NCBI GenBank assembly: GCA_002483085.1
Contig: DLHF01000080.1
Coordinates: 223 to 64,222 of the forward strand
Reading direction: 5' to 3'
DNA from: Ignavibacteria bacterium UBA7675
GTDB lineage: Bacteria > Bacteroidota > Ignavibacteria > Kapaibacteriales > UB7675
DNA length: 64,000 nt
Part shown: one piece after another, positions 18,930 to 28,541 of the stretch
How positions within the stretch are numbered: the first letter of the stretch is position 1
Layout: each line of letters starts with the position of its first letter
Made by a program: the position numbers and the translations under genes
Notes under the pieces: generated by a model
Database searches by the model: none
The model's input: the letters and a program-made list of their open reading frames with translations, nothing else
Told to the model about the DNA's origin: nothing

Positions 18930-20195
18930 CTACCGCCGGATACGCACGATGAACGGTTTTGTCTTGAAGGCAATGGTGCCGGATTCGCCGACAAATGATG
19001 CGTTTATTGTGCCTTCGATAGCGTGCTGTAATTCGTCGTAGCCAGTCACTACAATGCTGCCGCTGGGCTTAGCTACCGAATAGTAGACCTCGATTGGAGT
19101 TCTATCTTTGCCGAGCCGGAAGTACACACCCTGCTCTTTGGCAATGGGATAGGTGGCAACACCTGTAAAGGGGAAAGTGATTTCTATTTGTTCTTGCGGT
19201 TCGCGGTCTGTGTTGAGCGCCAGAAGAGTCACAGTGCTGTCGCTGTTTGTTTCTGCATTGAGGTAGCCCACCCAATCCTTGCCATTAGCCGTCGCTTCCA
19301 CCACACCGAGCACGCGACTGTTTTCTGTGCGCTTTTTTAGAATATTATTAAGGTAGGCTGCGGTTGTGGAGTCCTCGGGCTGCTCTACAATGGCGTCGAA
19401 GGCCGACTTCAGGCTGATCACAAACTGCGCTCCGGCCATGTGGTATGCCTGTGCAATGGCAAAGCGGCGCTCGTTTTGGAACCACTGGCCATCTTCGCTG
19501 GCGAGGAACTGTGTGTATTCAGCTACCTGCTTTTCGGGGGTGGAGCGCAGAGCATACCCGTAAAATCCTCTGCTCAAGCCGCGATAATAGTGCAGGAGGT
19601 CGGGCCTCATACGCTCGGTCATATCGCCGATTTGGTCGTTGGTAAGTATCTGGTCGTCCGAATGCAGCGCATTTGCTATTTGTATAAGCTGGCGCGACAT
19701 TACAACTACTACTTCGGCTTTTGAATGGGCTGTGTTGTCTACTGTTTTTTCAAATGCTGCGAGTCGCTTTTTCAGCTTTTTATCGCTATCTGCTTTTTTT
19801 GCATATGCCGGTATATCGTTGTCGGATGCTTTTGTATATGCTGCCTTTTCCCGGTCTGTAATCGCCTTGCCCACCCCGGAGCGAAGCCATGCGAGCACGC
19901 GCTGGGTACGACTGCTATCGTAGCGAGTTGTCCAGAGGCTGAGAGCAGAGCTATAGAGTTCATCCGGCTGGAACATCGCTGCTGCCAAGCTATCATAGGC
20001 TCTGGCAAATGCTGGCTGAAGGTCCTGCCGCAGAGGGAGAAAGTGCCGGAACAGTTCGGGAGTTGTCTGCGCTATTTCCTCTTTAACACCAGTGAGAATA
20101 AGAGCTTCTTCTGTTGTGCCGTCTGCGGCTGTTGCACAGCAAAGCGAGCAGAAGAAGAGCAGCAGGAGCGTGCGAAGGGAAGTATGGATCATCAT
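18930..20195 (-). CDS. Secreted hypothetical protein (421 aa)
   Basis: Signal peptide MMIHTSLRTLLLLFFCSLCCATAADG. No recognisable catalytic motifs. Lies 5 bp downstream of the DUF4397 lipoprotein gene, so probably in one operon. Confidence 0.55.
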   Translation of the reverse strand: MMIHTSLRTLLLLFFCSLCCATAADGTTEEALILTGVKEEIAQTTPELFRHFLPLRQDLQPAFARAYDSLAAAMFQPDELYSSALSLWTTRYDSSRTQRVLAWLRSGVGKAITDREKAAYTKASDNDIPAYAKKADSDKKLKKRLAAFEKTVDNTAHSKAEVVVVMSRQLIQIANALHSDDQILTNDQIGDMTERMRPDLLHYYRGLSRGFYGYALRSTPEKQVAEYTQFLASEDGQWFQNERRFAIAQAYHMAGAQFVISLKSAFDAIVEQPEDSTTAAYLNNILKKRTENSRVLGVVEATANGKDWVGYLNAETNSDSTVTLLALNTDREPQEQIEITFPFTGVATYPIAKEQGVYFRLGKDRTPIEVYYSVAKPSGSIVVTGYDELQHAIEGTINASFVGESGTIAFKTKPFIVRIRR

Positions 20196-20200
20196 AGGTA

Positions 20201-22198
20201 TTAGAATTCCTGAAGAAGGATGGCACGGTAGCTGGACGAATTATTCCCTGCAAACACGATAGTAAAGTTCTGGCCGAGTGAGAAGGGAATATTATTGCGC
20301 TCCAGCACTTCTTTTTCGCCTTCACTGGTTGCATTGAGGAATACCAGTGTAATCTTGCGGGCTTGTGCAGCAGTTTCCACAGGCGAGAGCTGGCGGTAAG
20401 GTAATTGATCAGCTAATATCGATCCGCCGTTGTAGTCGAGCTTTACCGTAAGAGCCTGTATCGAGGGAGATGCGTTGATAAACCGCCGCCGCACGTCCGA
20501 AGGCAAAGCACCCATGGGATCGGTAGTGAATACGGTAATATCGGGAGCAGAGGCCGATCCGCTTATCAGGATCAGTGTGCGTTTGCCGTTTTCCAGAGCA
20601 ATGGTTTGCGGCTGGCCTGCCACAGTAAGCACATGCGAACCAGCAGGCAGGACAGTTGCCGATGCTGCTCCATAGAACAGAGAACGATTGCTGATTACTG
20701 TGCCAAGGCTGAACTGTATATTGTCTGCATCGGGTACAGCGTTTACTACCTGCGTAAAGATACCCTCTTCGAGTACGTCCAAAGGCCGGGCTGTCGGATT
20801 GTCTTCATCGAACAGCGTAAGCTGGATGTCGTTGCCGCTGCGGGTAAGAATGAGCAGGTATTTTCCGCCCGGCTGGAGCAAGCCCGCATAGGCTGCTGCC
20901 CGCAATTGCTTTGGGCCATTGCTGAATACAACAAACGGAGCAGAACCGGGCAGGCAGCGAACAGGCTCGCCGATCTGTGCAAATTCTAATGTTGGAGCCA
21001 GTACCTGGCCGGTAACATAGGTGTTGCTTATGGTTGTGCGCGCACCGAGTGAAATCTCCAGAGCGGGGAGCCCCCACGCGAGATTTGCCACACGGACTGT
21101 CGCGCTGTCGGAAGAGGAGGCTGCTCCCGAAGGCGGAACCGCTACCGAGAAGTTCGCTCGTGCTGTTGTTCCCGAGTCGATTGTCACCACAATATACTGC
21201 TTCAGCACTTCCAGAGGAATACCTACTAGGTGCGGTGTTCCACCGATTTTCAGTGTGTCCTCGCTTGCAGATGTGCAGGCCGATACATTGGCGAATGCAC
21301 TCGCCGAGCGCGAAGCGATGCCCTGGGCAATTGTTTCATCGGCTTGGTCGGGAATGACTTTGCTGATATCTACCGCCTGCGAAGAGAAATTGAGCACGCG
21401 TACTTCAGCTTCTGATGCACTTACTGTAGGCATTTGTTGCAGTGCCGCACTGCTTGTATCGCGGTCTTGCAGCAGTAGAAGGTTGGGGGTTTGCCCGCCC
21501 GCCCGATAGAGAATAATGGAATAATCACTATTTGCGCCAATGTTCGCACTATAGTATCCCACGACCGAGTCGACAGTGCCGGTTCTCTTGAGCAGCGATA
21601 TTGTGTAGGTACTTGCGGACATTTCTACTTTGCTACCCCAGCCGAGATAGGGAACTTGCGGAGCCAGAGACTCGCCATTCGGGCAGCCGAGCCGCAGCGA
21701 AAAGGTCTCTCCCTTCTGGGGATAAGCATTAATAAACCGAATATACGAAACACCGTTTGCGCGTGGGGCGATGCTGTCGGCAGCCGCAATGACCAGCACT
21801 GTATCTACTGCTGCTAAGCTATCGGGAATGGGAAGTGCTATGAGAGTAAAAAGCGTATTGCGGTTAAACCGCACTTTATAGGGAGTGATGTATTCCTGTG
21901 TGCCGCTGTTGAGAATTGCCGCTTGTACCGAGTCGGCGGGCGAGGACACCGGCGAAGATAGCCCGCTAAAAGGCACGGCTGCTGTACGGCGTGTTCCTTC
22001 GAGCTGAAGCTCGCGCGGGTTGCCATCACCTGCGAGATTTAACAGGCGAACGCGGATGCTCTCCTCTGCAAGCGGTGCGTTGAGCAGATCGGAATTCTCT
22101 GAGTTCATACAGCCGCCGAGCAGCACAAGCAGGGAGCACAAAGTGAATACAATGGCCGGAGCAAAACCGTTGCCGCTGAAACGCTTCATAGATGTCAA
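20201..22198 (-). CDS. Lipoprotein with DUF4397-like repeats (665 aa)
   Basis: Lipobox LLGGC. Recurring segments IRVRLLNLAGDG, IRFINAYPQKGE, VRVANLAWGLPALEISLG and RRFINASPSIQALTVKL resemble DUF4397 repeats. Confidence 0.5.
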   Translation of the reverse strand: MTSMKRFSGNGFAPAIVFTLCSLLVLLGGCMNSENSDLLNAPLAEESIRVRLLNLAGDGNPRELQLEGTRRTAAVPFSGLSSPVSSPADSVQAAILNSGTQEYITPYKVRFNRNTLFTLIALPIPDSLAAVDTVLVIAAADSIAPRANGVSYIRFINAYPQKGETFSLRLGCPNGESLAPQVPYLGWGSKVEMSASTYTISLLKRTGTVDSVVGYYSANIGANSDYSIILYRAGGQTPNLLLLQDRDTSSAALQQMPTVSASEAEVRVLNFSSQAVDISKVIPDQADETIAQGIASRSASAFANVSACTSASEDTLKIGGTPHLVGIPLEVLKQYIVVTIDSGTTARANFSVAVPPSGAASSSDSATVRVANLAWGLPALEISLGARTTISNTYVTGQVLAPTLEFAQIGEPVRCLPGSAPFVVFSNGPKQLRAAAYAGLLQPGGKYLLILTRSGNDIQLTLFDEDNPTARPLDVLEEGIFTQVVNAVPDADNIQFSLGTVISNRSLFYGAASATVLPAGSHVLTVAGQPQTIALENGKRTLILISGSASAPDITVFTTDPMGALPSDVRRRFINASPSIQALTVKLDYNGGSILADQLPYRQLSPVETAAQARKITLVFLNATSEGEKEVLERNNIPFSLGQNFTIVFAGNNSSSYRAILLQEF

Positions 22199-22289
22199 AT
22201 CGCTTTGAAGGAGTGTGTGAAAAAACTAAATTGGCTATTTTTCGTCATATAGGCAATTGCAAATTTCGCCTTTTCGGTGAGACTCTGAT

Positions 22290-23372
22290 ATGGAAGAAAA
22301 ATTGTCTCTTATTATTAATCGCTATCAGGACGTGACTAATCAGTTGTACGATCCGGATATTGCGAACGACTACCGGCGCTATAAGGAACTTTCGCGTGAG
22401 CAGAAACAACTGACGCCGATTGTCCAAGCTGCTGAAAAGTATCTTAAGCTCGTGGATGCTATGCGGCAGAACAAGGAAATTATCGGTATGTCGGGCGTAG
22501 ATGCCGAGCTGAAAGAGCTCGCACTGATGGAGAACGACGAGCTTCAAGCGGATCGGGAAACGCTCGAAGAAGAGCTTCGTGTTCTGCTTATTCCCAAAGA
22601 CCCCAATGATGTAAAAGACTGCATCGTGGAGATTCGCGCCGGAACAGGCGGCGATGAAGCTGCGCTTTTTGCTGGCGATCTGTTTCGTATGTACCAGCGC
22701 TATGCCGAGAACAAAGGCTGGACTCTTGAGGTGATCGACATCAGCGAAGGCGAGAAAGGTGGTTTCAGGGAAATTGTCTTTTCGCTCTCGGGCGACGAAG
22801 TGTTTGGTACGCTGAAGTTTGAAAGCGGAGTGCACCGCGTGCAGCGCGTTCCCGATACTGAAGCAAATGGTCGTATTCATACATCGGCTGCTACGGTGGC
22901 TATATTGCCGGAAGTCGAAGAGGTGGAGATCGATATCAAAGACGCTGATTTACGCATCGACATATTTCGCTCCGGTGGCAAGGGCGGGCAGAATGTGAAC
23001 AAAGTGGAAACGGCTGTGCGTATGGTGCATATACCCTCCGGTATTGTTGTGCAGTGCCAGGACGAACGCTCCCAGCTCAAAAACCGCGAAAAAGCGATGA
23101 AAGTGCTGCGTGCACGTTTGTTCGAGATGGAACAGCAAAAACAGCACGACGAAATCTCTTCAGTTCGGAAGTCGATGGTGCGCTCCGGTGATCGCTCCGA
23201 AAAAATACGCACGTACAACTACCCGCAAAATCGCGTTACCGACCATCGGCTGGAAGGTGATGCTAAAAATTACTCGTTGCGCGAGATTGTAGAAGGTGAC
23301 ATGGAGTCTGTGCTCACACAGTTGCGGCTTGCCGAACGAGCTGAAATGCTACAGCAGGGCAGCGGTGCATAA
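22290..23372 (+). CDS. prfA: Peptide chain release factor 1
   Basis: Collinear with E. coli RF1 by recall. GGQ motif (RSGGKGGQNVNKVETAVR). RVQRVPDTEANGRIHTSAATVAILPE region: the tripeptide is P-D-T where P-A-T / P-V-T is usual. Confidence 0.9.
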   Translation: MEEKLSLIINRYQDVTNQLYDPDIANDYRRYKELSREQKQLTPIVQAAEKYLKLVDAMRQNKEIIGMSGVDAELKELALMENDELQADRETLEEELRVLLIPKDPNDVKDCIVEIRAGTGGDEAALFAGDLFRMYQRYAENKGWTLEVIDISEGEKGGFREIVFSLSGDEVFGTLKFESGVHRVQRVPDTEANGRIHTSAATVAILPEVEEVEIDIKDADLRIDIFRSGGKGGQNVNKVETAVRMVHIPSGIVVQCQDERSQLKNREKAMKVLRARLFEMEQQKQHDEISSVRKSMVRSGDRSEKIRTYNYPQNRVTDHRLEGDAKNYSLREIVEGDMESVLTQLRLAERAEMLQQGSGA

Positions 23373-23439
23373 AAAAATGAAAGAAACATCTTGCACAGTG
23401 GGCATTCTCGTGTTAAATTCGCATCACATGAAGTTGCAA

Positions 23440-23466
23440 TGCAGATTTTAGTATCTGCTTTTACAG
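23440..23466 (+). terminator. Weak hairpin terminator after prfA
   Basis: GCAGATTTTAGTATCTGC followed by TTTTAC. Confidence 0.35.
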
Positions 23467-23520
23467 TGATGAGCGACGCAACAAACGAGTAGAAAAAAGT
23501 TAGTTGAAAGAAAAAAAAGG

Positions 23521-23549
23521 TTGCGTTGCCGAAAAAATCACAGTATATT
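23521..23549 (+). promoter_or_regulatory. Sigma-70-like promoter (TTGCGT, 17-nt spacer, TATATT) driving the sRNA candidate
   Basis: -35 at 23521-23526, 17-nt spacer, -10 at 23544-23549. Confidence 0.4.
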
Positions 23550-23555
23550 CGCAAC

Positions 23556-23737
23556 AGAAAGTTTTAGAAAATCTCCTTTCGTTGTGGTGGTGAAAGGTGA
23601 GTAGGGGAGTGCCCCTTGATGAGTGGTGACATCAAGGGGCAACTCGTTTTAAAGAGGTTCTGTGAGAAGAACTTTGACTGCGACGGGATTTTCAGACAAA
23701 TTGCCTCCTGGCTTATAAAGTCAGGGGGCTTTTTTTA
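23556..23737 (+). ncRNA. Candidate structured small RNA (~180 nt) of unknown family
   Basis: Bounded by the promoter above and a strong intrinsic terminator: 10-bp stem GCCTCCTGGC/GTCAGGGGGC, loop TTATAAA, then TTTTTTTA (23703-23737). Internal perfect 10-bp hairpin CCCCTTGATG/CATCAAGGGG (23612-23639) and a second hairpin GGTTCT/AGAACT. The only ORF is a 49-codon frame whose ATG sits inside the perfect stem and which runs through the terminator. Confidence 0.4.
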
Positions 23738-23914
23738 TTAGACTTGTCTACAGGGCAGGTGGCGCAGGTGTCTCCGCTTTGGGCGTAGCTTTTATGCCGT
23801 GAGATGTTTTTGCTGATAAGGACGCTGTGTAAGCGAGTTCGTATTGCAGCGGCGGTATCGTAGGAACAAACAATGCGCGGACGGCGGGCGCACAGCCACG
23901 CGGTGGCAGTTGTC

Positions 23915-23970
23915 CGTAAGCTCGCCTTTGCACCGTTCCTACGGCGACAATGCGTAGGTGAGGTGCAGAG
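23915..23970 (+). repeat. L1-type repeat module, copy B (CCGTAAGCTCGCCTTTGCACCGTTCCTACGGCGACAATGCG)
   Basis: Same conserved module as at 7035, 46823 and 57190-57250 (reverse). Confidence 0.55.
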
Positions 23971-24063
23971 ACCCAAAGCACGAGCGAGGGCAGAAGTGCT
24001 CTACTGATCATTCCTGTGTTTTGTCCTTATGCTGGACTGTAGACTGCTACACGGGTAATAAGC

Positions 24064-24960
24064 ATGACAAAAAACGGTACGCTGCTCAATAGCTCTGCTA
24101 TAACAATACCGCGAACAACGCACTCGATGCTGGTGCGTGCGCTCGACGGCGAAGACCGTCAGCGGTTCGACGGTGTTTCCTTGTATGAAATAACCTATCG
24201 AAGCGATTCGCTGAATATTCGCGGATTTCTCGCGCTTCCGCCGGCTTCTGGACAGCCTATGCCCGCCGTTGTGTTCAATAGAGGTGGGTCTGGGTCACAG
24301 GGCGCCCTGAGCGATGTATCGGCGTCGCAGGTGTTGTGCCTGTATGCAAGCTGGGGTTATGTAGCCATAGCGAGCAATTATCGCGGTACGGGCGGCAGCA
24401 GTGGAGAAGAGGAGTGGGGTGCCGGGGATGTCAACGACGCGATGAATCTCCTTCCCCTTCTGCATTCGCTTTCCTATGTAGACGGTGGTAGAATCGGCCT
24501 TGTGGGAGGAAGCAGGGGCGGAATGATGGCGCTTCAGATGCTGGCACGCACTGATGCTTTTCGGGCAGCGGTTACGTTTGGTGCGCCAACAGCTATTTAT
24601 GGGCTTCCGTCGTCGGCGTATATCTACAAAACAATGAGCAGGTACCTTGGGCGCGATGCCGACCCCGACGCTGAAGCAAAAAAGCGTTCGGCGGTAGAGT
24701 GGGCAGGTGAGCTCAGCAAGACTACTCCCTTGCTCGTGCTGCACGGCTCTGGCGACCGCCGGGTGGATCCTGATCACGCGCTGCTGCTCGGCATGCAGTT
24801 GCAAAAACACCGGGTGCCCTACCGGCTTGTAATGTATGAGAACGCCGACCACGTGCTTGCTGGCAGGCGTAAGGAGAGCAATCTGGAAATACGGCAGTGG
24901 TTAGACACCTATGTGCGCGACTTGGCTCCCATGCCGCGTGTAGGGCCGCACGGAGCATAG
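24064..24960 (+). CDS. Alpha/beta hydrolase (S9 prolyl-oligopeptidase / dienelactone-hydrolase-like)
   Basis: Nucleophile elbow VGGSRGGMM. VLHGSGDRRVD...ENADHV supplies the Asp/His of the catalytic triad. Confidence 0.75.
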   Translation: MTKNGTLLNSSAITIPRTTHSMLVRALDGEDRQRFDGVSLYEITYRSDSLNIRGFLALPPASGQPMPAVVFNRGGSGSQGALSDVSASQVLCLYASWGYVAIASNYRGTGGSSGEEEWGAGDVNDAMNLLPLLHSLSYVDGGRIGLVGGSRGGMMALQMLARTDAFRAAVTFGAPTAIYGLPSSAYIYKTMSRYLGRDADPDAEAKKRSAVEWAGELSKTTPLLVLHGSGDRRVDPDHALLLGMQLQKHRVPYRLVMYENADHVLAGRRKESNLEIRQWLDTYVRDLAPMPRVGPHGA

Positions 24961-25012
24961 TGCTGGAAACAGCGGGGCACTTGTAGAAAAGCCCAAATAC
25001 TCGTAGAAAAAG

Positions 25013-25046
25013 AAAAGCGCCCGGGCGAATATTCGCTCGGGCGCTT
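25013..25046. terminator. Bidirectional palindromic terminator between convergent genes
   Basis: AAAGCGCCCGGGCGAATATTCGCTCGGGCGCTTT is near-perfectly palindromic with T/A tracts on both sides. Confidence 0.6.
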
Positions 25047-25068
25047 TAACATTCGGAATCAGAGCAGC

Positions 25069-25449
25069 TTATTGACCGATCAGCTCTTTGTATGCATTGA
25101 CATCGAGCAGCGCATCCACCTGCGAGGGGTCGGCGAGTGTCATGCGCACTAGCCATCCTGCACCATAGGGATCGCTGTTCACTGTCTCGGGAGCATCGTT
25201 TAGTGCTGTATTCACTTCCACAATTTGGCCTGCTACCGGCGCGAATAGGTCCGCTACCGTTTTCACAGCTTCAATTGTGCCGAATGACTCACCCTGATCA
25301 ACTTTATCCAAACTGCCGGAAATATCGATATATACGATATCGCCAAGCTCGCCCTGAGCGTGGTCGGTAACACCAATTGTACCGATATTGCCTTCCACGC
25401 GAATCCATTCGTGTTCTTTTGTGTACCTGAGATCCTCGGGAAACTTCAT
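25069..25449 (-). CDS. gcvH: Glycine cleavage system H protein
   Basis: Lipoyl-lysine motif ...FGTIEAVKTVADL... Start refined to MKFPEDLRYTKEHEWIRVEG (ATG 25449), which removes the apparent overlap with accC. Confidence 0.9.
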   Translation of the reverse strand: MKFPEDLRYTKEHEWIRVEGNIGTIGVTDHAQGELGDIVYIDISGSLDKVDQGESFGTIEAVKTVADLFAPVAGQIVEVNTALNDAPETVNSDPYGAGWLVRMTLADPSQVDALLDVNAYKELIGQ

Positions 25450-25498
25450 GAGTACTCTCCGCTGATATAATTGTAGATGTTGGTTGGGAATCGTTTCG

Positions 25499-26839
25499 TC
25501 AGTCCTGCCAGTTGTGTGTATCGAGGTATTTCGTATCAAAATCCCCGGAGATAAAGTCCGGATTGTCCATCATTTTCAGATGGAACGGGATTGTCGTGTG
25601 AATACCTTCGATAACCATTTCGCCGAGCGCACGCTTCATGCGAGCAATCGCTTCTTCGCGTGTTCTGCCAAAAGCTATGAGCTTTGCTACGAGCGAGTCG
25701 TAATAGGGCGGTATTTGATAGCCCTGATAAATATGCGAATCCACGCGGATGCCTGGTCCTCCGGGAAAATGCAGGCTTTCAATCCTGCCGGGGGAGGGGC
25801 GATAGTCGTGGTACGGGTCTTCGGCGTTAATACGGCACTCGATGGCGTGGAATTCTGGCGTACCTTGCTTGATAGACAGTTGTTGGCCAGCCGCTACGCG
25901 GATTTGCTCCTTTACAAGATCGACGCCGAGCGAAATTTCTGTTACGGGATGCTCTACTTGGATCCGCGTGTTCATTTCCATGAAGAAGAAGTTCCGGTGT
26001 TTGTCCACGAGGAATTCCACTGTACCGGCGCCCACGTAGTTTACAGCTTGTGCAGCTTTGATAGCAGCTTCACCCATTTTGCGGCGCAACTCTTCGGTAA
26101 GCACTGGCGAAGGCGATTCTTCGATCAGCTTCTGGTGCCTGCGCTGGATAGAGCACTCGCGCTCGTTCAGATGGATAATATTGCCGTGTGTATCGCCGAA
26201 CACTTGTATTTCTACGTGGCGCGGCTCTTCCACAAACTTTTCGATGTACATATCCGGGTTGTTGAACGCCGCTTCTGCTTCGTTGCGCGCTGTTGTAAAT
26301 GCGCGTTCTACTTCGTCGATATGCGACACCAAGCGCATGCCCTTGCCGCCGCCGCCCGCTGCTGCTTTGAGCATCACAGGTACACCGATTTCGCGCACGA
26401 GCTCAATTGCTTCTTCTACAGAAGACACAATACCCTGGCTGCCCGGAATCACAGGCACTCCGGCTGCGCGCATTGTATCCTTGGCAATCGACTTATTGCC
26501 CATTTTTACAATGGCCTCGGGCGATGGGCCAATGAACACGAAACCACAGTCATTGCAAATTTCAGCAAATTCGGCATTTTCAGCCAAAAAACCATAGCCG
26601 GGATGGATTGCGTCGGCTCCTGTAATCTCCGCTGCTGCAAGAATAGCGGGGATGCGCAGATAGCTCGCTCTGCCCTGTGCCGGACCTATGCACACCGCTT
26701 CGTCGGCAAAGCGCACATGCAGGGAAGTTTTGTCGGCTTCGGAGTAGACAGCTACTGTTTGCACGCCGAGTTCACGGCATGCGCGAATAATACGCAGTGC
26801 TATCTCTCCCCGATTGGCGATCAGTACTTTATTGAACAT
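25499..26839 (-). CDS. accC: Acetyl-CoA carboxylase, biotin carboxylase subunit
   Basis: [25 protein letters not shown]... with ATP-grasp motifs, 446 aa. Confidence 0.95.
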   Translation of the reverse strand: MFNKVLIANRGEIALRIIRACRELGVQTVAVYSEADKTSLHVRFADEAVCIGPAQGRASYLRIPAILAAAEITGADAIHPGYGFLAENAEFAEICNDCGFVFIGPSPEAIVKMGNKSIAKDTMRAAGVPVIPGSQGIVSSVEEAIELVREIGVPVMLKAAAGGGGKGMRLVSHIDEVERAFTTARNEAEAAFNNPDMYIEKFVEEPRHVEIQVFGDTHGNIIHLNERECSIQRRHQKLIEESPSPVLTEELRRKMGEAAIKAAQAVNYVGAGTVEFLVDKHRNFFFMEMNTRIQVEHPVTEISLGVDLVKEQIRVAAGQQLSIKQGTPEFHAIECRINAEDPYHDYRPSPGRIESLHFPGGPGIRVDSHIYQGYQIPPYYDSLVAKLIAFGRTREEAIARMKRALGEMVIEGIHTTIPFHLKMMDNPDFISGDFDTKYLDTHNWQD

Positions 26840-26935
26840 AGAGTTATGACCTTCGGCGCTATATGGAAAGTTGTTTGCCCAGCCGGGGGACGTCTGTACG
26901 TGCCGGGAAGGGAAATATCGTAATCCGTCCGTCCG

Positions 26936-27436
26936 TTAGTCGAGCCGGATAGAGAACAGCGGCTGGCCGTATTCTACAGGTTTGGCGTTTTCCACCAACA
27001 CTTTTACTACGGTGCCAGTCACGTCGCTTTCGATCTCGTTCATGAGCTTCATCGCTTCTACGATGCACAACGGCGAACCCGCAGATACGCGGTCGCCTAC
27101 TTGAGTAAAAGGTTCTGCATCGGGCGAGGAGGCGCGGTAGAATGTACCGACAATAGGACAAACGATCGTGTGGAGGTTCTCTTCAATTACTGGTGCTGGA
27201 GGTGCTTCTTCTTGCCTGGCAGGTTCGGCTGCTACTGCAGGCGCGACAGGTGCTGCCGAAGAGGGCTGTTGAAGTGCAGGTTGTACTTGGTAGACAGAGG
27301 GAAGCGCCTGAACCGACGTTCCGCCGGATGATTGTTTGGCAATGCGAAGATTGATTCCTTCTTCCTCAATGCGCAGCTCTACTGCAGAGCTCTCATCGAA
27401 AATTTTTAAAAGTCTACGAAGGTAGTTCAGATCCAT
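26936..27436 (-). CDS. accB: Acetyl-CoA carboxylase biotin carboxyl carrier protein
   Basis: Biotinyl-lysine motif EAMKLMNEI. Start refined to MDLNYLRRLLKIF (ATG 27436, GGAAGAGG RBS). Confidence 0.85.
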   Translation of the reverse strand: MDLNYLRRLLKIFDESSAVELRIEEEGINLRIAKQSSGGTSVQALPSVYQVQPALQQPSSAAPVAPAVAAEPARQEEAPPAPVIEENLHTIVCPIVGTFYRASSPDAEPFTQVGDRVSAGSPLCIVEAMKLMNEIESDVTGTVVKVLVENAKPVEYGQPLFSIRLD

Positions 27437-27548
27437 ACCGGCCTCTTCCAAAGATTCGGGTTGATAGTACTCTGTGTTCACTGTCGAGCGCCGTAAAATA
27501 CACGTCTTGCTCTAAAAAGGAAAGAAAAAAGTCCGTCGGGAATGCTGG

Positions 27549-27592
27549 GCACCGGCGTCGCTGTTCTGCGGCGTTCGCTGTCGCCGGTCGCA
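27549..27592 (-). repeat. Dispersed repeat R-module copy R7 (reverse orientation)
   Basis: Reverse complement reads TTGCGACCGGCGACAGCGAACGCCGCAGAACAGCGACGCCGGTGCC. Lies between accB and efp. Confidence 0.6.
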
Positions 27593-27692
27593 ATGGCCTC
27601 ACGTGTTGTGCAAACTTCTGCGCCCGGTCGCCAGTACCAATAAAAAAAGCGTGATGCCTCACTGGGAAGAATCACGCTTTAAGAAGTAGCTC

Positions 27693-28256
27693 TTAGTTTT
27701 TCACGCGTTCGATATACGCGCCAGTCCGAGTGTCGATGCGGAGCCTGTCGCCCTCGTTTACAAAGATCGGTACCTGGATGATTGCGCCAGTTTCCAGAGT
27801 AGCCGGTTTTGTAACGTTTGTCGCTGTATCGCCGCGAACACCAGGTTCGGTGTATGTTACAATCAGGTTCACATGCGAAGGAAGGTCAGCCGATACAATC
27901 TCGGTGTCGTTGAACGCGATTTGCACGTTGTCGCCCTCTTTCAGGAATCTGGATTGCTCGCCCAATGCAGCTTCGCTTACCGGAAATTGGTCGTATGTCT
28001 CGGGATTCATAAAGATAAAGCTCTCGCCATCTTTGTACAGGTATTGATAATCCCGGCGCTCCACTCGCAGTAGGTCGATTGTCTCGCCCGACCGAAAGCG
28101 CTGCTCAAATGTTTTGCCGGAGCGCAAATTACGCATTTTTACCTGATAAAAAGCACGTAGGTTGCCAGGTGTGCGATGTTCAGATTCTAGAACAAGGCAT
28201 GCGTCACCGTTGAAACGCAGCACCGCACCCACGCGCAGATCCGCTGTTGTTGCCAT
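27693..28256 (-). CDS. efp: Elongation factor P
   Basis: MATTADLRVGAVLRFNGDACLVLESEHRTPGNLRAFYQVKMRNLRSGK matches the EF-P family. Confidence 0.9.
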   Translation of the reverse strand: MATTADLRVGAVLRFNGDACLVLESEHRTPGNLRAFYQVKMRNLRSGKTFEQRFRSGETIDLLRVERRDYQYLYKDGESFIFMNPETYDQFPVSEAALGEQSRFLKEGDNVQIAFNDTEIVSADLPSHVNLIVTYTEPGVRGDTATNVTKPATLETGAIIQVPIFVNEGDRLRIDTRTGAYIERVKN

Positions 28257-28293
28257 ATCGATTGCGTTTGAATATTCGGAATGTAAGTGATTT

Positions 28294-28364
28294 TAGAAGA
28301 GGCGCCGAGCGGATTCGAACCGCTGTACGAGCTTTTGCAGAGCTCTGCCTAGCCACTCGGCCAC
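28294..28364 (-). tRNA. tRNA-Cys (anticodon GCA)
   Basis: Hand-folded cloverleaf from GGCGCUGUGGCCGAGUGGCUAGGCAGAGCUCUGCAAAAGCUCGUACAGCGGUUCGAAUCCGCUCGGCGCCU: 7-bp acceptor stem (one G-U pair), anticodon loop CUGCAAA, T-loop UUCGAAU, discriminator U73. CCA is not encoded. Confidence 0.85.
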
Positions 28365-28541
28365 AGCGCCATATACATGTACTTGCAACTCAAAGAAGCG
28401 CCAATTTAATACAAAAAACAGTATTGTACAACTTTTCTGAAAAAATCCCTGCTTGTAAGGGTTGGAAATTCACTTGCCGTTCGGCAATTTTATGGAGTTC
28501 CTTACCACATTACATATTCTTTCACTCTGTTCTGTACTGCC

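Noticed and set aside
23556-23750. 49-aa ORF (MSGDIKGQLVLKRFCEKNFDCDGIFRQIASWLIKSGGFFY) within the sRNA candidate
   Set aside because: Its start codon lies inside a perfect 10-bp stem and its 3' end runs through the terminator hairpin and T-tract. More consistent with a non-coding RNA.
25069-25539. Apparent 41-bp overlap between gcvH and accC in the ORF track
   Set aside because: Resolved by using the internal start MKFPEDL at 25449 for gcvH, which matches the canonical GcvH N-terminus.
25484-26923. 479-aa ORF on the plus strand
   Set aside because: Entirely antisense to accC, whose product is unambiguous. A long antisense frame of this kind arises by chance against a highly conserved gene.
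28294-28364. tRNA-Cys as an integration site for a genomic island
   Set aside because: No integrase, direct repeat of the tRNA 3' end, or foreign-looking gene block is adjacent. The neighbours are efp and a DUF547 gene.
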